A DNA stretch of 52,565 nucleotides, from the NCBI GenBank assembly GCA_043819795.1, contig JBDREN010000141.1:1-52565 (forward strand), read 5' to 3'. A model generated the notes under the pieces. That model was not told where the DNA came from and ran no database searches. It saw nothing but the letters and a program-made list of their open reading frames with translations. Both the position numbers and the translations under genes were made by a program. Shown piece after piece: positions 29,224 to 36,965 of the stretch. Every line of letters begins with the position of its first letter. Within the stretch, counting starts at the first letter, position 1. This DNA is from Elusimicrobiota bacterium. Lineage in GTDB: Bacteria > Elusimicrobiota > Elusimicrobia > UBA1565.

Positions 29224-30116
29224 GCATACTCGTGGACGAGAAGACCAGGGTCGTCATCCAGGGCATCACCGGGGAGTCCGGCCACCGGTTCACCGACCGC
29301 ATGAAGGAGTACGGCTCCCCGCCCGTGGCGGGGGTGACCCCGGGCAAAGGCGGGCAGGACGTGATGGGCGTGCCGGTCTACGACACGGTCGTGGAGGCGG
29401 TCGAGCGCCACGGCTGCGACTTTTCCTCCATCAACGTGCCGCCGGGCTTCGTCAAGGACGCCGTGATGGAGGCGTTGGACGCCGGCATCAAGAACGTCTT
29501 CATCTACGCCGAGCGGGTCCCGCTGCAGGACACCATGGAGATCGTCCGCCGCGCCGACGAGGAGGGCGCCACCGTGGTGGGCCCGAACACGCCCGGGATC
29601 GTGAGTCCGGGCAAGTTCCGGCTCGGAGGCTTGGGCGGAGCGGCCGAATACGCGAGACTCGCCTTCATGCCCGGGAACATCGGGCTCGTATCCCGAAGCG
29701 GCGGCATGACCTCCACCATCGCCTCCCTCCTCACGCAAGAAGGCCTGGGGCAATCCACCGGCTTCGGCTGCGGAGGCGACGCCATCGTCGGGACGCCCTT
29801 CGTCAAGGCCCTCAAGCTCTTCCAGGCGGACCCCGAGACCAAAGCAGTGGTGATGTTCGGGGAGATCGGAACCTCCTCCGAGGAGGAGGCCGCCGAGCTC
29901 ATCAAGAGCGGAGGCTGCTCCAAGCCGGTCGTCGCCTTCATCGCGGGCAAGCACGCGGCTCCCGGCTTTCGCTTCGGCCACGCCGGGGCCCTGGTGGAGC
30001 GCGGCCGAGGGACATACGAGGCCAAGCGCGAGGCCCTGGCCGGAGCCGGGGTGCGCATAGCCGACTGCCTGGCCGACATACCCAGGCTCGTCAAAGAGGC
30101 CCTCAAAGGGAGCTGA
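29220..30116 (+). CDS. ADP-forming CoA ligase alpha subunit (SucD-like)
   Basis: MSILVD..TRVVIQGITG; GVTPGKGG; GPNTPG; SRSGG; GEIG; phospho-His motif FGHAGA. ATGA overlap at 29220. Confidence 0.9.
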   Translation: MSILVDEKTRVVIQGITGESGHRFTDRMKEYGSPPVAGVTPGKGGQDVMGVPVYDTVVEAVERHGCDFSSINVPPGFVKDAVMEALDAGIKNVFIYAERVPLQDTMEIVRRADEEGATVVGPNTPGIVSPGKFRLGGLGGAAEYARLAFMPGNIGLVSRSGGMTSTIASLLTQEGLGQSTGFGCGGDAIVGTPFVKALKLFQADPETKAVVMFGEIGTSSEEEAAELIKSGGCSKPVVAFIAGKHAAPGFRFGHAGALVERGRGTYEAKREALAGAGVRIADCLADIPRLVKEALKGS

Positions 30117-30121
30117 GCGTC

Positions 30122-30895
30122 ATGGGCGACAAGTGGAAGACCGCGATCTCGCACGTCGAACCCAACAGGATCGTGATCCGGGGCCATGAGATCTCGGACC
30201 TGCTGGGGAAATGCTCATTCTCGCAGGCGCTCTTCCTGCTCTGGACGGGCAATCTCCCCTCTCCCGAGATAGGGCGTTTGATGGACGCCGTGATGATCGG
30301 CGCCATGGATCACGGGGCCAGCCCGCCCTCGGTCATCGCGGCCCGGACCGTCGCCTCGACCGGCGCGCCGCTGAACGCGGCCATGGCGGCCGGCATCCTG
30401 GCGCTCGACAAGCACCACGGGGCCGCCATCGAGGCGTGCATGAAGGTCCTCAAGGCGATCGTCGCGGGCTCGAAGGGCATCGGCCTTCCCCTGCAGAGCG
30501 CGTGCTCCCGCTATATCGCGGACGCGCGCGACAAGAGCGTCCGGCTCAGGATCCCGGGCCTGGGGCACAGGATGCACACCAAGGATCCGCGGGTGGACAT
30601 CATCTTCGCCCTGGCCAAGGACTGCGCCGTACCGGGCGACTACATCGCGGCCGCGCGCGAGCTCGAGTCCCAGATGGCGGCCTCTCTGGGCAAGCCCCTT
30701 CCCATCAACATAGACGGCTGCATCGCCGCGGTCTTCTGCGAGATCGGCTTCCCGGATGATCTCGCCAACGCGCTCTTCCGGCTCTGCCGCCTCACCGGGA
30801 TCACCGTGCAGGCGCACGAGGAGAGGAAAAGGGAGAAGCCCATGCGCAAGATAGACGCCGGGGCCTTCGAGTACGACGGCCCGCTTCCGAAGTAG
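30122..30895 (+). CDS. Citryl-CoA lyase (citrate-synthase fold, ACL C-terminal-like)
   Basis: 257 aa; WKTAIS...IRG; DHGASPPS; HGAAIE; IPGLGHR..DPR; PINIDG. Confidence 0.88.
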   Translation: MGDKWKTAISHVEPNRIVIRGHEISDLLGKCSFSQALFLLWTGNLPSPEIGRLMDAVMIGAMDHGASPPSVIAARTVASTGAPLNAAMAAGILALDKHHGAAIEACMKVLKAIVAGSKGIGLPLQSACSRYIADARDKSVRLRIPGLGHRMHTKDPRVDIIFALAKDCAVPGDYIAAARELESQMAASLGKPLPINIDGCIAAVFCEIGFPDDLANALFRLCRLTGITVQAHEERKREKPMRKIDAGAFEYDGPLPK

Positions 30896-30979
30896 TCCCT
30901 GGACAAGATCGGCCGGCTCCTGCCTGATTCCTGACGCGTGATAGGAATGCCCGCCATATGTGGGTCTTCCTGCACTCTC

Positions 30980-31449
30980 GTCAGGGGTGAGGCCCTGTAG
31001 CCGGCGTCCCCCCCGATGAAGAAGTAGATGTCGTTGCCGGTGCCGATCATGAAGTAGAAGCCGGTGGAGCCGGACCGGGACAGCGCGATCACCTGCGGCG
31101 CGTAGGAAGCGCCGGTCTTGATCCACGCCTCCACGCTCAGAGTCTCGACGATCCCCAGATTGGCGCCGACGAGATAGTCGTCCACCCCGTCCAGGCTCAA
31201 GGCGCCCCCCGCCCGGCCCGAGTCCGTCCAGCCCGCCCCGAGCTTGAGCGTCAGCGGGTCGGCGGCGTAGTCGTCCTTCCCGGGATCGGCCGGATCATCG
31301 AAAGTCCAATAACCCGCCAAGCCGCTCGGACAGTCGCCGGGTATCGCGGCGCCCGCCGGCCGCGCCCCCGGAATGACGAGCGCCGACAGGATCCCCGCCG
31401 ACACGATCGCCGAAACAACGGCCTTGCCCGCGTACTTATCCATGGTCAT
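30980..31449 (-). pseudogene. Truncated secreted LamG-like (concanavalin fold) protein
   Basis: GGGAGG RBS; signal peptide; GLAGYWTFDD...GALSLDGVDDY...LSVEAWIK. Similarity ends near 30985, before the WHHV strand, and the frame runs on antisense into the lyase gene to 30640. Confidence 0.6.
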
Positions 31450-31691
31450 CGCATCCTCCCGTCGCTGCAGCGCCGGCATCGGCGCTCAGGAACGCCCGAA
31501 GTCGGACACGGCCGCCCCCGGCGCCCCGTTCGAATCCTGTCCGCGACCCGACGGGCGGACCACGTGGATGGTCCCGCCTCGATCATAGTGTAGACCCGCT
31601 CCCGACCACGCGCAAGGCCGGACGCGGCGGGGAGTTTGCCGGACCGGGCGCCAAAGAGCTACAAATTCAATATCCCGGGCGGGCCGGAGGC

Positions 31692-32324
31692 ATGACGGAC
31701 ATGAAGCCGAGCCATCTTCTCAAGCACGCCGTGGACCGCCTCCTGGCGGCCGCGGTCCTGATCGCGGGGCTCCCGCTCTTCGCCCTTCTGATCGCCGCCA
31801 TCGTGGCCGAGGACCTCCTCTCGGGCGAGGGCCTCATGACGCCGTTCTTCCGGGAGCCGCGCCTGTCCGGCGGAAGGAAGTTCATCATCCTCAAGTTCCG
31901 CATCCTCAGGCCCTCGGCCGTGCGGAAGGTGGCGCGGGGCGAGGCCGGGGCCGGCGGATACATCAAGGCCCTGGAGCACGACCCCGAGAGCGTCTCCAGG
32001 ATCGGCGCGCTGCTCAGGGACTACTATTTCGACGAGCTGCCCCAGGTCGTGAACATCCTCAAGGGCGAGATGAGCTTCGTGGGACCCCGGCCGATCCCCC
32101 TCAAGAACGACCCCCTCAGGCTCAAGCTTTACGGCAAGACCGCCATGCGCTGCGGCCTGACCGGGATCCACCAGCTCGGAAAGGGAAGCGCCCGGTCCCA
32201 GGACGAGATGGACGAGGAGTACCGGGAGAGATGGGAGACCCTGAGCCCGCTGAGACTCCTGGCCTACGACGCCGGGATCATGTTCCGGACGATCTTCAAG
32301 GTCTCCAAAGGCGAGGGGATCTAG
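31692..32324 (+). CDS. Bacterial sugar transferase (phosphoglycosyl transferase, WcaJ/PglC-like)
   Basis: KHAVDRLLA plus TM helix; F.ILKFR; DELPQVVNILKGEMSFVGPRP; GLTGIHQ. Confidence 0.9.
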   Translation: MTDMKPSHLLKHAVDRLLAAAVLIAGLPLFALLIAAIVAEDLLSGEGLMTPFFREPRLSGGRKFIILKFRILRPSAVRKVARGEAGAGGYIKALEHDPESVSRIGALLRDYYFDELPQVVNILKGEMSFVGPRPIPLKNDPLRLKLYGKTAMRCGLTGIHQLGKGSARSQDEMDEEYRERWETLSPLRLLAYDAGIMFRTIFKVSKGEGI

Positions 32325-32824
32325 CGGGCCATGTCCGCGAGCTCGGACATGGCGCCCAGGCCCTTCTTCTGAAGGAAACCCACGATCCCTCCGTGCTCGC
32401 GCATCTTAAGCATGAGCGGGGAGATCTCCAAGCCTATCCGCTTGCCCTTGGTCTTATTGACCAGGGCCTTGCCCGCCACGTCGAACTCGAGCTCGTCGCC
32501 CTCGTCGATCCCGTTCGTGTCGCCCACGGCCAGAAGCAGCCCGAGGTTGATGGCGTTGCGGTAGAAGATGCGGCCGAAGGACTTGGCCACGACGCCGGCG
32601 ATCCCCGTGTGCTTGAGGGACACCACGGCCGTCTCGCGGGAGCTGCCGCAGCCGAAGTTGGAGCCGCCCACCACGATGTCGCCCGGGCGGACCTCCTTGG
32701 CGAACTCGGGCCGGTGCTCGATGAACGCCACCTTGGCCAGCTCCTTGGGGTCGGTGGTGATGTTGTAGCGTCCCGGGGTGACTAGGTCGGTGTTCACGCT
32801 GTCGCCGAATTTCCAGGTTCTCAT
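32321..32824 (-). CDS. Homoaconitase/3-isopropylmalate dehydratase small subunit (LeuD/HacB/LysU family)
   Basis: WKFGDSVNTD..TPGRYNIT.DPKELA; NFGCGSSRE; SFGRIFYRNAINLG. Confidence 0.92.
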   Translation of the reverse strand: MRTWKFGDSVNTDLVTPGRYNITTDPKELAKVAFIEHRPEFAKEVRPGDIVVGGSNFGCGSSRETAVVSLKHTGIAGVVAKSFGRIFYRNAINLGLLLAVGDTNGIDEGDELEFDVAGKALVNKTKGKRIGLEISPLMLKMREHGGIVGFLQKKGLGAMSELADMAR

Positions 32825-32837
32825 GGTCCCCCCTTGG

Positions 32838-34118
32838 CTAGGCCGCGGACGCGGAGAGCGCCCCTTTGAGGTAGTTCCGCGGGTCGGTGATCTTGCCGGT
32901 TATCGCGGTCGCGGCCGCGGTGGCCGGGCTGGCCAGGTAGATCTTGGCCTTGGGGCTGCCCATCCTGCCCTTGAAGTTGCGGTTGCTCGTGGCCACGCAG
33001 ACCTCGTCGTCGTAGAGCACCCCCCCGTGCCGGCCCAGGCAGGGCCCGCATCCGGGCGGGATGATCATGGCCCCGAGCTTGCTGAAGGCCTCGAGGTAAC
33101 CCCTCTTGAGCGCCTGCTCCCACACCTTCCGGGAGGCCGGGCCCACGATGACCCGAAGGTCCTTCTTGAGCTTCCTGCCTTTCCAGATGCGGTGGGCGAC
33201 CTCGAAATCCTCGATCCGGCCGTTCGTGCAGGAGCCGATGAAGACCTGGTCCACCTCCACGCCGCCGCCCTTCTCGAGCTCGGCCGCGGGCCGCACGTTG
33301 TCTATGTCCGGCGGGCACGCGACCGCGGGCACGAACGCGGACGCGTCCAGCTCGAGCCGGCGCTCGTACTCGGCGTCGGGGTCGCTCTTCACCTCGACGA
33401 AGTCACCCTCCCTGCCGTTCTCCCGCAGGTACTCCAGGGTCTTCGCGTCGGAGGGTACGACGGCCGCCTTGGCCCCCATCTCGGCGGCCATGTTGGTCAA
33501 GGTCAGCCGGGCCGGGACATCGAGGGATTCCACGACCTCGCCCCCGTACTCCACGGCCTTGTACACGCCTCCCGTGGTCTTCAGCTCCTTGGCCACCCAC
33601 AGCACCGCGTCCTTGGACAGGACGCCCTCGGGCAGAGCTCCCGAGATCGTGACCCGGATGGTCGGAGGCACCTGGAACCACTGCTTGCCCGTGGCCATGG
33701 CCACCGCGACGTCGGTGGAGCCCACGCCGATGGTCAGAGCTCCCAAAGCGCCGCTGGTCGGGGTATGGGAGTCCCCCCCGAGGACGAGGGCTCCGGGCCG
33801 GACGAAGCGCTCGGCCAGGACCTGGTGGCACACGCCGTCGTATATGATGCTTATCCCCTGCTCCTTGGCGAACTTGCGGATCTCGGACTGAAGCTTGGAC
33901 GCGTTCACGTTCGGGCTGGGGAAAGCGTGGTCGAACGGGATCACGATCCTCTCGGGATCGAAGACCTTCTTGGCTATGGAGTAGAAAGGCTCCAGCGCCC
34001 AGGCGCAGGTGGTGTCGTGCGCCATGACGAGGTCCAGATCGGCCAGGACGAACTCGCCGGCCCGGACCTGCCTGCCGCAATGAGCGGAAAATATCTTCTC
34101 GGCTATGGTTTGTCCCAT
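32838..34118 (-). CDS. Homoaconitase/3-isopropylmalate dehydratase large subunit (LeuC/HacA/LysT family)
   Basis: TIAEKI; FDH; GVCHQ; DSHT; IGSCTNGR; GCGPCLG; SNRNFKGRMG; YLASP. All three 4Fe-4S cysteines are present. Confidence 0.93.
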   Translation of the reverse strand: MGQTIAEKIFSAHCGRQVRAGEFVLADLDLVMAHDTTCAWALEPFYSIAKKVFDPERIVIPFDHAFPSPNVNASKLQSEIRKFAKEQGISIIYDGVCHQVLAERFVRPGALVLGGDSHTPTSGALGALTIGVGSTDVAVAMATGKQWFQVPPTIRVTISGALPEGVLSKDAVLWVAKELKTTGGVYKAVEYGGEVVESLDVPARLTLTNMAAEMGAKAAVVPSDAKTLEYLRENGREGDFVEVKSDPDAEYERRLELDASAFVPAVACPPDIDNVRPAAELEKGGGVEVDQVFIGSCTNGRIEDFEVAHRIWKGRKLKKDLRVIVGPASRKVWEQALKRGYLEAFSKLGAMIIPPGCGPCLGRHGGVLYDDEVCVATSNRNFKGRMGSPKAKIYLASPATAAATAITGKITDPRNYLKGALSASAA

Positions 34119-34126
34119 GATCACCA

Positions 34127-34136
34127 ATTATATAAT
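34127..34136. promoter_or_regulatory. Palindrome ATTATATAAT providing a TATAAT -10 box on both strands (candidate overlapping divergent promoters)
   Basis: The minus-strand TATAAT (34127-34132) lies 8 nt before the dehydratase ATG. The plus-strand TATAAT (34131-34136) faces the LKR-SDH-ALDH operon. Confidence 0.5.
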
Positions 34137-34247
34137 CAAGCCCGAGCGGCCGTCTACTAAAGGCGGCGTCTCGGCGCGCGCCCCTGGCGTCGGATATTCC
34201 ATTTATGCTTTGATATCCAATACATTCTTGCGTATATCCGCACTCCG

Positions 34248-35600
34248 ATGTCCAAACGCCACCTTATCGGAATACGACGCGAAGACCTGAACCCCTGGGA
34301 AGGGCGGGTGCCCATCATCCCGGAGCATGCGGCGTCCCTCATCAGGGACCACGGCTTCGATATCCTGATCCAGAAGTCGGACATCCGGGCTTTTAAAGGA
34401 GAGGAATACCTTCGCGCCGGCGCGACGATAGCCGAGGACCTCTCCCGCTGCCGGACGGTCTTCGCGGTCAAGGAAATCCCCGTCCCCTTCTTCCAGGAAA
34501 GGCGGACGTACGTGTTCTTCTCCCATACGATCAAGGGCCAGAAGCGCAACATGCCCCTGCTGCGCAGGATCATGGACCTGGGCTGCCAGCTCATCGACTA
34601 CGAGAAGATGACCGACGACAAGGGCAGGCGCGTCGTCTTCTTCGGGAAGTTCGCGGGCCTGGCGGGCATGATCGACACTCTCTGGGCCCTGGGACGCCGG
34701 CTGGACTCGGAGAAGATCCCCAACCCGTTGAGCGCGGTCAAGCGGGCCCTGGAATATCCGAGCCTCGCGGCCGCCGAAGAGTCCGTCCGGGAGGTCGGCA
34801 GGAAGATCGCCGCCGACGGCCTCCCCGAAGCGGTCGCGCCGCTCGTCTGCGGCTTCGCGGGCTACGGAAACGTGTCGCAGGGCGCGCAGAGCATCCTGGA
34901 CCTGCTGCCCGTCACCGAGATCGCTCCCGAGGAGCTGATCCCCGCGTTCCAAGACGGCGGGGCGTTCAAAGAGAAGAAGAACCGCGTCTTTAAAGTCGTC
35001 TTCCGAGAAGAGCATATGGTCGAGCCCGTCTCCCCGGGACACCCGTTCGCGCTCCAGGATTACTACGACCATCCCGAGAAATACCGGGCCCAGTTCGAGA
35101 AATACGTCCCGTATCTGACCGTCCTCGCCAACTGCATCTATTGGGACGCCCGCTATCCGAGGCTCGTCACGAAGGATTATCTCAAGAAGCTCTACGGCGA
35201 GACGCCGCGACCGCGCCTCAGGGTCCTCGGCGACATAACCTGCGACGTGGACGGGGCGATCGAGTGCAACGTCAAGCCCATGGACCCGGGCAACCCCGTA
35301 TTCGTCTACGACCCGCTGCGCGACCGGGCCGAGGACGGCTGGGAGGGCCGGGGGCCGGTGGTCTTGGGCGTGGCCAACCTGCCCGCCGAGCTCCCGCGCG
35401 AGTCCTCCGTGGAGTTCAGCCGGGCGCTTCTGCCCTTCATCCCCGGGATCGTGAAGGCGGACATGTCGGTCGGCTTGGAGGACGTGGACCTTCCCGACCC
35501 GGCCAAGAGGGCGCTGCTGGTCCATCAGGGCAAGCTCACGCCCGACTACCGCTATCTGGCGAAATATCTCAACAACAACGCCGCTAAGGAGGGAAAATGA
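34248..35600 (+). CDS. Lysine-ketoglutarate reductase / saccharopine dehydrogenase (lysine-forming), AASS N-terminal-like
   Basis: IGIRRED.NPWEGRVP; FFSHTIKGQ; LIDYEK; FGKFAGLAGMID; GYGNVSQGA; NCIYWDARYPRL; DITCD; NLPAELP. Confidence 0.9.
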   Translation: MSKRHLIGIRREDLNPWEGRVPIIPEHAASLIRDHGFDILIQKSDIRAFKGEEYLRAGATIAEDLSRCRTVFAVKEIPVPFFQERRTYVFFSHTIKGQKRNMPLLRRIMDLGCQLIDYEKMTDDKGRRVVFFGKFAGLAGMIDTLWALGRRLDSEKIPNPLSAVKRALEYPSLAAAEESVREVGRKIAADGLPEAVAPLVCGFAGYGNVSQGAQSILDLLPVTEIAPEELIPAFQDGGAFKEKKNRVFKVVFREEHMVEPVSPGHPFALQDYYDHPEKYRAQFEKYVPYLTVLANCIYWDARYPRLVTKDYLKKLYGETPRPRLRVLGDITCDVDGAIECNVKPMDPGNPVFVYDPLRDRAEDGWEGRGPVVLGVANLPAELPRESSVEFSRALLPFIPGIVKADMSVGLEDVDLPDPAKRALLVHQGKLTPDYRYLAKYLNNNAAKEGK

Positions 35601-36943
35601 AGAAGATACTGCTGCTCGGGGCGGGCTTGGTGACGAAACCCCTCGTCCGATACCTGCTCGGGAAGGGATTTGCCGTTAAAGTGGCCAGCCGTACGGTGAG
35701 CAAGGCCGAGGCGTTGATCGCCGGGCATCCCAACGGCGAGGCGCGGACCTGGACGGTCGACGACAAGCGGGGGCTCAAGGAGATGGTGGGCGAGGCGGAC
35801 CTCACTATCAGCCTGCTGCCCGCCGCCCACCACGTCATGGTCGCGGAGGAATGCATCGCGCAAAAGAAGCAGATGGTGACCACATCCTACGTGAGCCCGG
35901 CCATGCGCGCCCTGGACCGGAAGGCCAGGGACGCGGGGATCCTGGTCCTCAACGAGATCGGGGTGGACCCGGGCATCGACCACATGTCCGCCATGAAGAT
36001 CATCCACGCGGTGAAGAACGAGGGCGGCAAGGTCACGAGCTTCCGCTCCTACTGCGGCGGCCTGCCGGCGCCCGAGGCGAACACCAACCCCTGGGGCTAC
36101 AAGTTCTCCTGGAGCCCCAAAGGCGTGATGCTGGCCGGCAAGAACACCGGCCGCTACCGGAAAGACGGCAAGATCGTTGACGTGCCGGGCCCGGAGCTCT
36201 TCACCGACGTCCACATCCTGGACGTGCCGGACCTGAGCGAGCTGGAGGCCTATCCCAACAGGGACTCTATGGGCTACGTCGACATCTACGGGCTTCAGGA
36301 GGCCCAGACCGTGTTCCGCTGCACCCTGCGCAACAAGGGATGGTGCGCGACCCTGAAGAAGGTCGTGGACGCCGGCCTGCTCGACGAGAAGGAACGGGAC
36401 CTCAAGGGCCAGACCTTCAGGACGTTCACCGCGTCCCTGATCCCGGACGCCAAACCCGAGAGCGTCAAGAAGGACTTCGCGGCCCATTTGGGTCTTTCAG
36501 CAAACTCCGAGCCCATCGAATGGATGGACTGGCTCGGGCTCTTCTCAGACGACAAGCTGCCCATCGAGAAAGGCGGCGCCATAGACGTCATGACGGCCCG
36601 CATGCTCGAGAAGATGCCCTACAAGAAGGGCGAGCGGGACATGCTCGTCATGCACCACGAGTTCATCGCCGAGTACCCCTCGGCGGGCAAGAAGGAGAAG
36701 ATCACCTCGACCCTCCTCGACTTCGGCATCCCGAACGGGGACTCGTCCATGGCCCGAACGGTGAGCCTGCCCGCGGCCATGGCCGCGAGGCTCATCTTGG
36801 AAGGCAAGATCAATGCCACGGGCGTGCACATCCCGGTGAGCCCGGCCATCTACGAGCCCGTCATGAAGGAGCTCGAGGAGATGGAGAACGGGATCCGCTT
36901 CACGGAGAGGAAGACGGATCTGAGCGTCGGCGTCGGAAGCTAG
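35597..36943 (+). CDS. Saccharopine dehydrogenase (glutamate-forming), LYS9/AASS C-terminal-like
   Basis: LLGAGLV; SLLP; TTSYVSP; NEIGVDPGIDHMSA; SYCGGLP; YKFSWSP; EAYPNRDS; SMARTV. Confidence 0.93.
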   Translation: MKKILLLGAGLVTKPLVRYLLGKGFAVKVASRTVSKAEALIAGHPNGEARTWTVDDKRGLKEMVGEADLTISLLPAAHHVMVAEECIAQKKQMVTTSYVSPAMRALDRKARDAGILVLNEIGVDPGIDHMSAMKIIHAVKNEGGKVTSFRSYCGGLPAPEANTNPWGYKFSWSPKGVMLAGKNTGRYRKDGKIVDVPGPELFTDVHILDVPDLSELEAYPNRDSMGYVDIYGLQEAQTVFRCTLRNKGWCATLKKVVDAGLLDEKERDLKGQTFRTFTASLIPDAKPESVKKDFAAHLGLSANSEPIEWMDWLGLFSDDKLPIEKGGAIDVMTARMLEKMPYKKGERDMLVMHHEFIAEYPSAGKKEKITSTLLDFGIPNGDSSMARTVSLPAAMAARLILEGKINATGVHIPVSPAIYEPVMKELEEMENGIRFTERKTDLSVGVGS

Positions 36944-36965
36944 TAGAGCCTTCAAGGAGGAAGAT

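Noticed and set aside
26879..34118. Ordinary leuBCD plus TCA-cycle sucCD
   Set aside because: No leuA or ilv genes nearby, the dehydrogenase lacks the LeuB RELTGG motif, and the SucC loops are altered. Disfavoured, not excluded.
34119..34247. Lysine riboswitch ahead of the saccharopine operon
   Set aside because: The 129-bp gap is shorter than a typical lysine aptamer and no matching structure is evident.
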